Source of the DNA: a virus
DNA length: 64,000 bases
Direction: 5' to 3' (one strand)
Virus record (IMG/VR): IMGVR_UViG_3300027836_000007
Coordinates: 32,001 to 96,000 of that record
The notes beneath the pieces were generated by a model. The model made no database searches. It saw only the letters and a program-made list of their open reading frames with translations, and was not told the DNA's origin. Positions 36,096 through 47,814 of this stretch are shown here, piece after piece. Position numbers and translations under genes: made by a program. Position 1 is the stretch's first letter, and the number at the start of each line of letters is the position of its first letter.

Positions 36096-36452
36096 TTATG
36101 ATGTTGATGTTTCAATGCCGTAAATGTTTACATTTACTGTTGCCGTCGAAGCCCACACCGTAATATATTTTGCGCCACTTGCAGCAGCTAAAACTAAGCC
36201 TGTACGCTCAAATACGCCGCTTGGTGTAATAGCTGTTCCAAATTCGATAGCTTCACTAGCTACTAACGAACCAGTTGGTGTTCCAGCACTTCCTAAACTA
36301 GCACCTATATACAAACGAATAGTTGCCGGCGCAGATGTACTAGTATTAGTAAAACTAACGTTAACTACGCTGTATGTATTATTAGGTACTACGTAGGTTG
36401 TAGTAGCAGTCGATGCTGCCGGTGTACCTGTGTATAAAATTCCTGTTGCCAT
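36096..36452 (-). CDS. Small virion structural protein (118 aa)
   Basis: GGAG RBS. Y.VP...V.V...N and ERTGLVL...V...YGIE pattern. Follows the giant gene. Confidence 0.65.
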   Translation of the reverse strand: MATGILYTGTPAASTATTTYVVPNNTYSVVNVSFTNTSTSAPATIRLYIGASLGSAGTPTGSLVASEAIEFGTAITPSGVFERTGLVLAAASGAKYITVWASTATVNVNIYGIETSTS

Positions 36453-36473
36453 TTTTGTTTCTCCAAATTTATT

Positions 36474-39400
36474 TTATCGTTGCCCGAAGAATATAAGAGC
36501 AACAGGTGCTCCATCAATTCCGCCGACGAAATTCATCTTGCTTGTTACCAAGATCTGTGTGCCGTTAGTATTACTTATCGTATTTCCAGCAATGTATATC
36601 TGGCCGGATGTTATTGTATTTACGTTCAACGAACTTTGACCGCCACCAATTTGGGCTGTAATAAACGATTTAATTGCTTTTTGCGTTGGTACAATACTAT
36701 CGCTGTTGGCTGTAAAGTATGGATCTGTACTAAATTGGGTAATTGTAGCCGATCCAACTCCTAAACTAACCGAGCCAAGTGTCAAACTCTGCAATCCTGA
36801 CAAGTTAAACGCACTAGCGTTCAATGTAGCAGTACCAGTTGACTGTTGAACTCCAAACAAGTTACCAACGTTAAAGTTACCGTCTTGGTCAGTACTTGTA
36901 AAGAACACTCGTCCACCGCCGACAAACAACTGTTGGTTAGCCGCTACAGCTTTTGTAGGATCGACATACGGATAATTAGTTGCTGAGAAGCCGCCAGTAC
37001 CGATGTACAAGAAGTCATGTCCAGTTAGTCGAACGTTACTATATAGTAAGTTTGTAGTAACTTTATCGTCATGGGCAGGTGCCAATAATGTTGATATTCC
37101 TGGATTAATTTGGAATGTAGCACTATAATTACCTGGGATACCTAATATGTTAGTCACTTGAACTAGTTTGTACCATCTTTGTGTTCCGGTAATACTGTAA
37201 AACACCACGTTACATCCTGCTTTCGGAATTTCAAATAGTCCGCTTATGTTGACAAATGTGCCTACTTGATATAAATCAGCATATCCGTCACCAGCATAAC
37301 TAGCTGTCGCTGTTGTATTAGTAATACCACGATGATTGAAACTTGGATTTCCTAATGCGCCATTGCCAATACGGCCAACTAATGGCGCTGTATTAACTTT
37401 GTTAGGATCTGTTTGTGTAATAGTTGGCCCTGCAAAATATGTCATTCCACTTATTGTTGCGGCAGTTAAAGCAATAACTGTTCCGCCAGCTGTTGCTGAA
37501 ATTTGAAATGTATTTGCAGTTGGGGTTCCTTTAACAAAATAATATGTTCCAGGACTAATACCTCCAGGACTATTGTGTGCAGTACTATTAAACACAATTG
37601 GTTGATTTGCTGTTAAGTTAATAATGTTGTCAACTGTAATTGTTCCGCCACTTGCAGTACTTGTTGATACAACATTGCCTCGAGGAAAACCACTACCTGG
37701 TTCAACCATTCTAATTTCACTAACTTGATTGTTAACTACTCTTGCACGAGCACTTGGTGTTGCACCAGTATAAATTCTGGCAGCTATTTTTCCACTAGTA
37801 TTAGATACCGATACCCACGTTGGAACTGCTCCTAGTGTTGCGTTGTTTGGATTGCCAAATGCAAGACCTAGCCAGTTGCTGGAACTTGGCATTCCGGTTG
37901 CATAGTAAGTCCAATTTACGCCGTCTGGGCTAGTTGCTACAGCTTGACTTGAAGTTGCAATTGCTACAAACAGACCTTGGCCGTAGCTAATTTTGCTCCA
38001 AGTTGTTATGCCATTTGCAAACAATGGATTATTTGCTGTTACTACCCATGTATTATTTGCGACATTTGACGGAGTAATTGTCCACGCATTTGGTTGCCAA
38101 TCAGTTGTATAATTAATTGTACCATCGCTGGCCAGTGCTACAAATCGTCCGTTACCGTAGGCAATACTTGCCCAAGTTTTATTTGATAATGCAGCTCCAG
38201 CATACCATTTTGTTGGATCTGCTGCCGTAAACGAACTTATAGTGCTCGATGTTCCGCCAATCGCACAGAACACGCCGGCGCCGTATGCAACTGCGCTGTA
38301 CCCTTGTCCACTAGTTGTAATATTAGTTGATTGGTCAGTCCATGTTGTACTTGTTAAACTACTTACAGTTCCTGGATAGTATGATACTGCTACTGCTGAT
38401 GTTGTTCCACCAACTGCTATGTATAAATTATTACCATACGCTAATGATTTAAGATTAGTTTTTCCTGTAGTACTTACAGTTGCAGTCCATGTTGTTCCTT
38501 GATCTGTACTGTACGCCGATGAGTCGGTAGCTGTAGAAATAGCCATAAATGCTGCATTTGGATCTCTCACTGTTACTGCCGGAGTTGTAGTATAACCGTA
38601 TCCTGCGTGTGATACAGTATAACTTGTTACACCATAACCTGCTGCATTTGTATTTGTATTAGCAGTAGCAACAGCTTGTGTGCCAACGTAAGTTAATGTT
38701 ACATCTGTTCCGTAGCCAGTGCTGAATACACCCGGTGCGCCCCAGCCGGATTTACCATAAATTGAGTTAGTAAATGTTGGCTTAGTTGAACTAAACGTTG
38801 TTCCTGATCCGCTAGCTAGATAAAAGTTAGTTTCGTTAGGTGATATAGTTGTATCAACTGCTGAATAATAATTTCCAGCTGTAACAGCGCCGCCTGAACT
38901 CCAACCAGTTGCAGTAAATGGAGAATCAATAGTTACTACAGGTACCGCATAATATCCTGAGCCCCATGTTGTAGCAGTAATGCTTGATACACCACTAGTA
39001 ACAGCAGTAATAATTGGAGCTGTGTAAATGCTACCAGTAATGATCATATCTACAGCTTTAATTTGTCCGTTTAAAACTCTAGCTGTTGCTGTTGCACCTG
39101 CTCCTGTTGCATCTGTAATTACGATGGTTGGAGGAGTTGAGTAATTATAGCCGCCGTCGATAACAGTCACGCTAATAATCTGTCCAGCAGTATTTCCTGT
39201 GCCAAGAACTGCTTGGAATATTGCTCCAGATCCATTAAGACCTCCAACTACTGCGGTTGCGTTAGCGGCTTGTCCGCCACCATATACTAAACTGCTCCAC
39301 TTAGAACTTGCATCTGTAGGCAATGCTCCGCCTGCTGACCATGTTGTGCCGTCTGTTGTGTATGCTGTACTTGCAACTCCAGTTTCATTTGAGGTAGCAA

Positions 39401-42400
39401 CAAATCTGCCTTGGCCGTAAGCTACACTAGCCCATGTTGTAGTAGCAGCCGCAGTCATTGTAACTGCTACTTTATCATATCCAGGGCCCGTGTAAGATAA
39501 TGCTGGTTCAATAACATAAGCAGATGTAGCATCTAATATTGCATTAACTGTTTGTCCCGGTACTACATGATCCCATCCTGCTTCGTACACTGGAACACTC
39601 ACTGTACCAGTTAATGTTGTACTTGCTAAGTTTTGACTTACACTTACTCTCCAAGTTGATCCAGCACCACTGCCTGATATGTTAGAAGAAATATAAGTGT
39701 TAGGTAATATTGATCCGCCAGTTAAACGCATTCCTGGATAAATTACGCCAGAGCTTAATGTTCCTACAGTTAATACAGATCCAACAATAAGCGAACTTGG
39801 CATTACTGCTGGTGTTGCACTGGTTGCGGTTAATGTAATATCAGTACCAGCAAGAGCATTTACTAATGTTGTAGCAAGTCTAAATGTTGTACTAGTAAAA
39901 CTTGTTACACTTACAAAGTATACTGTAGGTAAATATCCACCATCAAGCAGGCTTAACCCTGCGATTGCCGCGCCCATGTATATTGGTTGTCCTACATACA
40001 TAGTAGCTGTACTAGCCACAGTAAATACTGTAGTATTATTTGTTGTAATTGTTAATGTTGCAAAACTTGGACGGATTATATTGGTAAATTTGTCTGCTTG
40101 TCTATATCCAATAATATTTGCAAACTGGCCTACTCCAGTACCGCCTATAATTTGAATTCTCATTCCAATATATGCTGAACTTAACTGAATGTCAGAGTTA
40201 GCAATATTTACGCTACCAACTGCACCAACCTGTGCCACGTTTGCCGCTGTTAGATAATTAGATCCTCCAATTCCTTGACCGTTATCTAAGTCAACTAATC
40301 GTGTTTCAAATACTGCTGAGTCACGGAATTCATCATGTATCGGTACAATGTTGTAACCAGAACCGTTAAGAGTTGGCAAGGCATTTGTATAATGATTACC
40401 TGCATTTTGGAATTCTAGTCGTAGAATTTTATCAGTACTGTCAGTTACCACGTTTGTAACGTATGCTGGATTACCACGGTTATTTAATCTGCCAACAATT
40501 GGAGCTTCGTAACTGTCGATACCTTCAGCAATAACACCGTATGTACCGTATGAACTGTTACCGTTTGTAGCACGGATACGTCCACCGTATTCTGCCATGT
40601 AGCCTGCGTATGAGTAATATGCAAACACAGATACAAGTTCTGTTAATGCTCCACTACCAGTACACCATACACCGAAACCGTCACTGATAATAGTTGTGTA
40701 GTCGTTAGCAACAATAGATTTGTTACCACCGTTGTGTAATGCAGCGTCAATTTTCATGCCTGAACAACCTGCACCAAACAATGTTAAGTTTTGTGTGTAA
40801 GGTGAACGGAAACTAATCCATGCATTAGCATCGTTTGGTCCAAATCCTGCGTCAAGACTTGAGTACGATCCTGCTGTTGGACGTCTAGTTCCTAATGCAT
40901 TAGGTAATGACATTGCTCCGGTCATACCGTTTAATGTCATATTTCTTAAACCAGAACCGTTACGTAGATGGAACAAATCGGTTGTTTGTGCGCCGGCTTG
41001 TGCTGTATTATATAATCGTGCAGAACGAGTTGAAGCATAATTTCCTGTTATACCTAAATCATAAACTAAACCATCGATATGATATACTGCATCTCGGATG
41101 GCTTGTGCTGTACGGATATAATAAACTACTGACATTGATCCAGTAGCACCTGTTAACATTTTAACAACTTGAATTCCTTTTCCGGGAGGAGTTGTTGTAA
41201 TAGTAAATGTTGATGCAGACGGTGTAGACAACACCCAATATACAGTGCCTATTTCTATTGCAGTGTCAAAAGCTACAGCTGATAAACTAGGTGGAATAAT
41301 TGGAGTATCAAACACCACTGGATCACCTACATCAAAACAATGCGGTGCTGAGCAAGTAATTGTTCCGTTACTATTAGTAGTTGTTACGGTCCCGCCAAAT
41401 ACTGAGCGCACATATTCAACTGCTTCGGTTGCCAAGAATGTTTTATTAGCACGAATTAGTTCAGCACCATTGATTGTAGTCAATGTGTTGTTATAACCAG
41501 TTGCTTTTTCGTATGTTCCAAACGCATTATTCCATGGTTGAATTGTACCATTAGTAATTTTATCATTAATACCTTGATTTGTTGGCATACCTGCGGTGCA
41601 AGTTGCTGTTAAACTTCCAACAGTATTAGTAATTGCAAACGCTGTTCCACTCTTATATGATTCAGTAACTGTAATAGTTGTGCCAGCTGCAGGATATGTT
41701 CCAGCAGTTACACTATTAATCCAGTATTGTGCGCCATTTACTAAACCACCAGCTGCATTAAAGTTTGCTGTTAGTGCTAATCCTGTAGCATCAGTTAATG
41801 TTAAAGCTGTTCCACCAAAAGTTGTGGCGATAGTAATTGCGCTAGCACTGGCTGTGTTAACATAATAAACTTGATTAGAAATAATACTAGATTGTGTTGT
41901 AGTAGCTTGCGGAGTAAATCCTGTAAACCAAACTTTTTGTCCAACTACTACACCCAATGACGCTACTGTGTCGCCAAGTGTGATTGAACTGCTAGAAATT
42001 GTAGTTGCAGTTGTAGTAATATTTGCTGGTAAACCAGTGAATGTAATTGGCATATCAACTAACATGCCTTTATTACTAGAAACAGTAATTAAGTTTGTGC
42101 TTGTAGTTACAGTTGTTACAGGAATAGTTGGTCCACTTGCTGTAATATCTGTATTTAAACCAAGGCCGCCGTAAATACCGTAAACCACTGCTGTCATTGC
42201 ACCAGTTGCTGTCTGAGTGATAGAAAATACAGGTCCAAGATAAGTTGTGCTTACTGTAAACTGTGTTGAACTCAGCACTTGTTTAATATAATACGTTCCG
42301 GCTTCTAAACTATTAATTTTTGGTCCAGTAATAGTAATAACTAGTCCAGGAACGAAACCACTTGTAGTACCTGCGGTAAGAACATCATTATATGTATTTC

Positions 42401-45400
42401 CGTTTAATATTATGCTAGTAGTTGCGCTAATGATAGAAGTTGTTGTTGAGCTGACTGATTGATTATAATTTAATAACCAATTTGTTCCGCTACCTGAGAC
42501 AATACTTGTTCCAACCGCGATACCAGTTCCGCTCAATTGCATTCCAACCGCAATTGTACCTGTTACTGAACTATTAACTACTAATTGTGTGCCAGTTATT
42601 GTTCCATTGAATGTTGCAGTTGTTGTAGGTTGGCCAAAAATTTGTGCAATCATTTCGTCAACAACAGTTTGTGTTTGTATTACAGAACCGTTTGAAGCAA
42701 TAATTTTAACACGTTCGCCAATAAAACCAAGTGCGCCATATGTTGAATCTGCTAACGATGTATGCAATGTTGCAACTGATGGAACTAACCTGTTATATGA
42801 ACGTCCTGCTTGGATACTTTGGAAGTTACTGCCAAACAATACGTCATATGCCATGGCTGATACAACATAACCTGCGTCGCGATTTGTCAATACTAAGATA
42901 GGACTTTCATTTTGATAGAATCGTGTTACCCATGATTGAGCATCGTTGGCTATTTCTGCAGCACGAGCTTGAATTGCATCATAAGATGCTCTATTTGCTG
43001 TAGTTGCTAGTGCGTATGCTCCAGATGTTACTGGTGTAAAGATGTTAGTAGAGCCTGTTGCAGTGGCTGTTTGACTTGGGCCTAGTAACGAATAAGTACC
43101 TGCGCCGCCATATGTTGAGCCAGTTAGTTGAGTGCCAATATAAGTTCCTGAAGCAACTGTGCCGCCCGTAACAATTTCTCCAGGCTGGATGCCGCCTGTT
43201 ACTGAGCTAGCTGTTAGTGTATTACCACTTATTGTTCCGGTAAATGTTGCGCCTGACTCAGCGAAATTGCCTTGGTATATCCAAGTAACTACATTGCCTA
43301 CACGATTTGCGGCAAACGCAGCCGCGGCAACCGAGCCTGCAGTTCCTGTTGTGTACTGTGTAGTTGTATTTCCTGAACTACGTGTAATTGCTGTCTTTAA
43401 AACAATTTCTCCAATAATTGTTTCTAAACGACCTAACGCCCTAAGTACACCATTTAAATATGGAGCAAATAATTGAGGTGTATTTAGACTATAGTATGAG
43501 CTACCTACAATTAACGACTGTGTGTTACAACCGTATGTCATATCGTAACAAACTGCATCTAGAATGAATCCTAAATCTCGTTTTGTTTCTGCTTGATAAG
43601 TTGGGCTGTAATTTACCCACGCCTCAGGTCCTGTTAGGGTAAGATCGGTGTTTAAATAAGCAACAATTTCATCTTTAATAAACTGATAGTTAGCTTTTAT
43701 CAAAGCTACTGCATCTCCGTACCCTGGTAGAAAAGTAGTATTATAGCCAGTAACTGTTGGCATACTAATTGCTGGTTCGTATGGAAGGCCGTTAGGGTAG
43801 TTAGGATTTACTGGCCCAGTAATAACTCCGCCAGCTGAAAACATATCTTGAATAATCTTAGTGTTATTAACTACAAGATTAACCGCAGGAAGATTTCCTC
43901 TGTCACCAACTGTTGCTGGTAACGTGCCTAAATTAGCTGAAATACTACCAAGTACATAACTAATAGAATCAATAGAATCTCTAGTAGCTTGAAGTTGTTT
44001 TCCAGCAATCAGTCGTTGAGCTGATACGTTTGCTCTGTAAAATGCACGGCCTGCTACAATACTAAAGTAATTAGTACCCAACAACATGTCATAAGATAGT
44101 GCATCGATAATAGTGCCTGCATCGCGATATGTTAAAGCAAGATCATCTACAACACTTGGATATTGTACAGATACAAATGTTCTAATTTGTGTCTGAATGT
44201 AAGCTCTTCTTGATTGAATATCTGTGTAAGCTGCTAAGTTTGCAGCACTTTGCCAAGACAACGCTGGAAGAACTGTACTTGCTAGGCCAGCGCCTGTACT
44301 TAAACTGCCACCGCTTGCTGGAGTGTTGGTACCGTTAATCCAATTAATAACATTTTTAACCAATGCTTGAGCATACAAAGCGGCGTTAGCAAATGGTCCA
44401 ACTACGCTTAATACCTGAGTTCCGTTATTATTTGCAGATGGTGTCCAACCAGATGTTGTACCGTTTACAATATAAGGAATAATACTTTCTACACGAGTTA
44501 GTGCCGCTGTAGTACCAGCAATAATTGCTGCACTTGTTAATGTATTGTTTGTTAATGACCAGTAAGCTAGTCCATCAATTTGACTTTGTGTGTTTCCACC
44601 ATAAGTTAAATCGTACATAACTGATTGTAGTAAGAAAGCAATATCTCGCAAAGTTTGACTTTGTTGTCCTGCTGACAATGCGCTCCAGCTGAATCCGCCG
44701 CCTGTATAAGTTTCTAAATAAGCTGCAATTTCTCTTTGTAGAAATAACACGTTGGCACTAATGTTTGTAACAGCAGAATTGTAACCAGTTGTTGCGCCAG
44801 TAACGTTTCCAGTATAGCCAGCAACTCCTAATCCTGTTACAGAGTAGGCTGTGTTAGTTAAACTTGTACCAAAACCTGTTGGCGTTGATAATGTTTGTGA
44901 TCCTGCGCCACTTACAGTATAACTAGCAGTACTTGTAGTAACAGTTGCTAGAGCGTATCCTGGCAGAGCAGTTAATCCATTAGTTAAAATATTTTGTAAA
45001 GTTTCTACATTTGTTACAATACTTTGTGTAGTAGTTGCAAGTGTTTGTGCGCTGCCATTGATATATTTTTGTGTAGCAGTAACACCTGTAGTAGTTCTAA
45101 CTGGCACATTGTTTACAATAGCAGGTATCAATTGTTGAATACGACGAATTGCAGATGTAGTTTTTGGTTTATCTGTGCCTAGATACGGTTGTGCTGGTGC
45201 TACTTGTACGATAGTACTACGTAATTCGTCGCCAACAACAGCAGTATCTATAGGAACTACTATTGGACCATATTCATTGTACGTACCAGTTTTTAAATAT
45301 ATGGTTGCATGTGGACGAGATAACTGAGGAATATTTCCGTATGATTTATTAACTAGCGAACTGGTAATGATGTTTAACAAATTTTGTGAAGTCGTTAATG

Positions 45401-47759
45401 CACTAGTTTCTATAGTGGTTGTAACAACTCCAGTTGTGTTTTGAACAGCACAACTTGTTGCCGTAATTCCATTTATTGTTTGATAGTTATTTGTAGGAGC
45501 ACTGTTAGTTAATACTGCTGTCAACAATGTGTCTTTTAAGTATATTAAACTTCCTGCAAAAACAGGAGATTGTTGTGTAGTACCAGTGCCAGTAAAACTT
45601 GTTAATGTTTTAAAGTATGCTTTTGTAGCAGTTATACTGTATAAATTACTGCCGTGTGTTAAGTCGAAAATAATTCCGTCAATTACAGTTCCAGTATCAC
45701 GTTCTGCTTTACTTTGTGTATAGTTAAATCTTGCTATAGAGGCTGTTCCATCACTAGGAGTAACTGAAAGAACTATGCCGTTTTGATATTCCGTGCTAAC
45801 TGTAAATGTTGTACTTGATGGAATAGTATTAACATAATATACAGTTCCGATAGTCACGCCACCAGTTGCGGCAGAAAATGTAATAGGCATGCCATAATAC
45901 ATGTTGGCAGTAGTTGTTTGACTGGTAGTACTTGAACCACCTACTATAAATGTACTTCCGCTTCCGCTTGTGCCAGTTACATTAAACGAATATTGATTTA
46001 AGATGAATTGATTTACTTCTTTAATCATAAACTGTTTATTAATTTTCAATGCTTGCCCTGCATTGTAATTTAAATAACCTTCTTCAACTTGACGGCAAGC
46101 ATATAATAAAGTTAACCATGGCTTGTCTAAAGTTAGACCTTGGCCGTTTCCGGCAGAATCTTTACCACTTGGAGCAACATATACAACGTTTTCAAGCTCG
46201 CCGTAGTATTTCCAAACTGGTTGGTCGCCGTCGACTCGCAATACCTGACCATCTGTACCGATTGGTAAGCGTACTGGGCCATCGGCTCCATAATATACCA
46301 TGTCACCCTGGGTAGTTAATGCACCAGTGTCTGCTCCGCTGGCTAAAATATTCCAGAATGTTGAATTTGTATCGCTAAGAGGATCGTTAACACCTGTAGA
46401 ACCAACGTGAGCACTAATACAAATAAAGCTACTGTTTCCATAGTATACTGCATCTCCTGCAACATAAGTTATACCAGTTTTCCATGTTGCTGCATATCCA
46501 GATGCAACACTAACTGTTGCAATAGGACCGGTTGCGCCGCCGCCTGAAATAGTTGCTACTTTAACAACTAAATCGTTACCTGGGCTCGAACCTCCTAGAT
46601 TGCTACCTAAGATTTTTAATGTATCATCAACTGTATAACCTGTTCCTGCTGTACTACCGATGACTGCTGAATAAGCAGTGCCAGTACGAGTTACAGTAAA
46701 TGTTGGACTTCCACTGCCTGTTGCTGTCACATTACTACTAGAAATATTTGTATAGTTTGTGTTAGCTGCAGAGTTCCAACGAATGCCAGAACTTAATTGT
46801 CCCCAACTTACGCTTGGAGGTTTTGAAGCTAAATTATCTTCTTTTGCTACGTAACTAAATGCTCCTAATGTTACAATGTTACCAATTTTGTAACTTGTAC
46901 CGGTATCCCATTCGCCAGAATAATTTAATCCAGATGTAAATACTTTCCAATATAAAGTAGCTGTACTTGGTGTTTGAGGACTAGCAGATGTGCTGTTTTG
47001 TATTGCAGTATATGAGTAGCCGCCGTATGTTACAACATCGCCAGTTTGATAATCATTAGTAGCACTCCAAGATCCTTCAAATTGGAATCCGTTAACAAAT
47101 ACAGCAAAATTTACAGTGTCAATACTTGTACCCGTTGATGTATGGTATGCTGTACAAATCCATAGATCAGGACCAAATTTAACAACATCATTTAATTTGT
47201 AGCGTACACTACTACCACTCCAATCACCTAGATAGGTAATACTTTGATTAAAGATGTCCCATTTGCTTAAATCATTTTCTAAGCCCGATGAAGCAGTTGA
47301 AGCTGACGTATGTTGAGTCTTACATACATAAGTGCTCCCACCGTAATAAATTAAATCACGAACTTTATATCGTGTACTTGTAGACCACGCACCTAGCCAT
47401 TTAAATCCTGCAGAAAACAAGTCCCATTTGCTTTGATCATCTTCCAAAAATGCTTGGCTAGTATGCGCTGTTTTACAAATGTATACTGTTCCACCCCAAA
47501 TGACAATATCTCCTAAATTATAATAGGTAGTTGCAGCCCAGTCATTGCGCCACGTTGTGCCATCAGCAATTAGATTCCACTTTGTAATTCCAACGCCGCC
47601 TGCTAAATCTGTAGCAAAAGCAGCCGACGAAGCGTGGCTAATTACACAAATGTAAGTTTTTCCACCGTTTGTAACAATGTCGTCAACAAGATAGTTGCGA
47701 CTTGTTGTCCATGTACCTTGGTACACAAACTTAATTCTACCTAATTTAAATTCTGCCAT
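36474..47759 (-). CDS. Giant virion appendage/tail fibre protein (3761 aa)
   Basis: Uninterrupted 11.3-kb ORF. N-terminal W....Y...D.V..GG..Y.C...HTS carbohydrate-binding-like repeats, YVAPSG.D..G...D.PW beta-helix lead-in, W..VAYG.G.FVA propeller-like repeats, Thr/Gly-rich. GATAAATA box and GAGG RBS upstream. Confidence 0.8.
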   Translation of the reverse strand: MAEFKLGRIKFVYQGTWTTSRNYLVDDIVTNGGKTYICVISHASSAAFATDLAGGVGITKWNLIADGTTWRNDWAATTYYNLGDIVIWGGTVYICKTAHTSQAFLEDDQSKWDLFSAGFKWLGAWSTSTRYKVRDLIYYGGSTYVCKTQHTSASTASSGLENDLSKWDIFNQSITYLGDWSGSSVRYKLNDVVKFGPDLWICTAYHTSTGTSIDTVNFAVFVNGFQFEGSWSATNDYQTGDVVTYGGYSYTAIQNSTSASPQTPSTATLYWKVFTSGLNYSGEWDTGTSYKIGNIVTLGAFSYVAKEDNLASKPPSVSWGQLSSGIRWNSAANTNYTNISSSNVTATGSGSPTFTVTRTGTAYSAVIGSTAGTGYTVDDTLKILGSNLGGSSPGNDLVVKVATISGGGATGPIATVSVASGYAATWKTGITYVAGDAVYYGNSSFICISAHVGSTGVNDPLSDTNSTFWNILASGADTGALTTQGDMVYYGADGPVRLPIGTDGQVLRVDGDQPVWKYYGELENVVYVAPSGKDSAGNGQGLTLDKPWLTLLYACRQVEEGYLNYNAGQALKINKQFMIKEVNQFILNQYSFNVTGTSGSGSTFIVGGSSTTSQTTTANMYYGMPITFSAATGGVTIGTVYYVNTIPSSTTFTVSTEYQNGIVLSVTPSDGTASIARFNYTQSKAERDTGTVIDGIIFDLTHGSNLYSITATKAYFKTLTSFTGTGTTQQSPVFAGSLIYLKDTLLTAVLTNSAPTNNYQTINGITATSCAVQNTTGVVTTTIETSALTTSQNLLNIITSSLVNKSYGNIPQLSRPHATIYLKTGTYNEYGPIVVPIDTAVVGDELRSTIVQVAPAQPYLGTDKPKTTSAIRRIQQLIPAIVNNVPVRTTTGVTATQKYINGSAQTLATTTQSIVTNVETLQNILTNGLTALPGYALATVTTSTASYTVSGAGSQTLSTPTGFGTSLTNTAYSVTGLGVAGYTGNVTGATTGYNSAVTNISANVLFLQREIAAYLETYTGGGFSWSALSAGQQSQTLRDIAFLLQSVMYDLTYGGNTQSQIDGLAYWSLTNNTLTSAAIIAGTTAALTRVESIIPYIVNGTTSGWTPSANNNGTQVLSVVGPFANAALYAQALVKNVINWINGTNTPASGGSLSTGAGLASTVLPALSWQSAANLAAYTDIQSRRAYIQTQIRTFVSVQYPSVVDDLALTYRDAGTIIDALSYDMLLGTNYFSIVAGRAFYRANVSAQRLIAGKQLQATRDSIDSISYVLGSISANLGTLPATVGDRGNLPAVNLVVNNTKIIQDMFSAGGVITGPVNPNYPNGLPYEPAISMPTVTGYNTTFLPGYGDAVALIKANYQFIKDEIVAYLNTDLTLTGPEAWVNYSPTYQAETKRDLGFILDAVCYDMTYGCNTQSLIVGSSYYSLNTPQLFAPYLNGVLRALGRLETIIGEIVLKTAITRSSGNTTTQYTTGTAGSVAAAAFAANRVGNVVTWIYQGNFAESGATFTGTISGNTLTASSVTGGIQPGEIVTGGTVASGTYIGTQLTGSTYGGAGTYSLLGPSQTATATGSTNIFTPVTSGAYALATTANRASYDAIQARAAEIANDAQSWVTRFYQNESPILVLTNRDAGYVVSAMAYDVLFGSNFQSIQAGRSYNRLVPSVATLHTSLADSTYGALGFIGERVKIIASNGSVIQTQTVVDEMIAQIFGQPTTTATFNGTITGTQLVVNSSVTGTIAVGMQLSGTGIAVGTSIVSGSGTNWLLNYNQSVSSTTTSIISATTSIILNGNTYNDVLTAGTTSGFVPGLVITITGPKINSLEAGTYYIKQVLSSTQFTVSTTYLGPVFSITQTATGAMTAVVYGIYGGLGLNTDITASGPTIPVTTVTTSTNLITVSSNKGMLVDMPITFTGLPANITTTATTISSSSITLGDTVASLGVVVGQKVWFTGFTPQATTTQSSIISNQVYYVNTASASAITIATTFGGTALTLTDATGLALTANFNAAGGLVNGAQYWINSVTAGTYPAAGTTITVTESYKSGTAFAITNTVGSLTATCTAGMPTNQGINDKITNGTIQPWNNAFGTYEKATGYNNTLTTINGAELIRANKTFLATEAVEYVRSVFGGTVTTTNSNGTITCSAPHCFDVGDPVVFDTPIIPPSLSAVAFDTAIEIGTVYWVLSTPSASTFTITTTPPGKGIQVVKMLTGATGSMSVVYYIRTAQAIRDAVYHIDGLVYDLGITGNYASTRSARLYNTAQAGAQTTDLFHLRNGSGLRNMTLNGMTGAMSLPNALGTRRPTAGSYSSLDAGFGPNDANAWISFRSPYTQNLTLFGAGCSGMKIDAALHNGGNKSIVANDYTTIISDGFGVWCTGSGALTELVSVFAYYSYAGYMAEYGGRIRATNGNSSYGTYGVIAEGIDSYEAPIVGRLNNRGNPAYVTNVVTDSTDKILRLEFQNAGNHYTNALPTLNGSGYNIVPIHDEFRDSAVFETRLVDLDNGQGIGGSNYLTAANVAQVGAVGSVNIANSDIQLSSAYIGMRIQIIGGTGVGQFANIIGYRQADKFTNIIRPSFATLTITTNNTTVFTVASTATMYVGQPIYMGAAIAGLSLLDGGYLPTVYFVSVTSFTSTTFRLATTLVNALAGTDITLTATSATPAVMPSSLIVGSVLTVGTLSSGVIYPGMRLTGGSILPNTYISSNISGSGAGSTWRVSVSQNLASTTLTGTVSVPVYEAGWDHVVPGQTVNAILDATSAYVIEPALSYTGPGYDKVAVTMTAAATTTWASVAYGQGRFVATSNETGVASTAYTTDGTTWSAGGALPTDASSKWSSLVYGGGQAANATAVVGGLNGSGAIFQAVLGTGNTAGQIISVTVIDGGYNYSTPPTIVITDATGAGATATARVLNGQIKAVDMIITGSIYTAPIITAVTSGVSSITATTWGSGYYAVPVVTIDSPFTATGWSSGGAVTAGNYYSAVDTTISPNETNFYLASGSGTTFSSTKPTFTNSIYGKSGWGAPGVFSTGYGTDVTLTYVGTQAVATANTNTNAAGYGVTSYTVSHAGYGYTTTPAVTVRDPNAAFMAISTATDSSAYSTDQGTTWTATVSTTGKTNLKSLAYGNNLYIAVGGTTSAVAVSYYPGTVSSLTSTTWTDQSTNITTSGQGYSAVAYGAGVFCAIGGTSSTISSFTAADPTKWYAGAALSNKTWASIAYGNGRFVALASDGTINYTTDWQPNAWTITPSNVANNTWVVTANNPLFANGITTWSKISYGQGLFVAIATSSQAVATSPDGVNWTYYATGMPSSSNWLGLAFGNPNNATLGAVPTWVSVSNTSGKIAARIYTGATPSARARVVNNQVSEIRMVEPGSGFPRGNVVSTSTASGGTITVDNIINLTANQPIVFNSTAHNSPGGISPGTYYFVKGTPTANTFQISATAGGTVIALTAATISGMTYFAGPTITQTDPNKVNTAPLVGRIGNGALGNPSFNHRGITNTTATASYAGDGYADLYQVGTFVNISGLFEIPKAGCNVVFYSITGTQRWYKLVQVTNILGIPGNYSATFQINPGISTLLAPAHDDKVTTNLLYSNVRLTGHDFLYIGTGGFSATNYPYVDPTKAVAANQQLFVGGGRVFFTSTDQDGNFNVGNLFGVQQSTGTATLNASAFNLSGLQSLTLGSVSLGVGSATITQFSTDPYFTANSDSIVPTQKAIKSFITAQIGGGQSSLNVNTITSGQIYIAGNTISNTNGTQILVTSKMNFVGGIDGAPVALIFFGQR

Positions 47760-47814
47760 TTTATATCATCCTCTGATAGTATTTATCTTTGTTGTATCTT
47801 AAGGTTTTCAAACG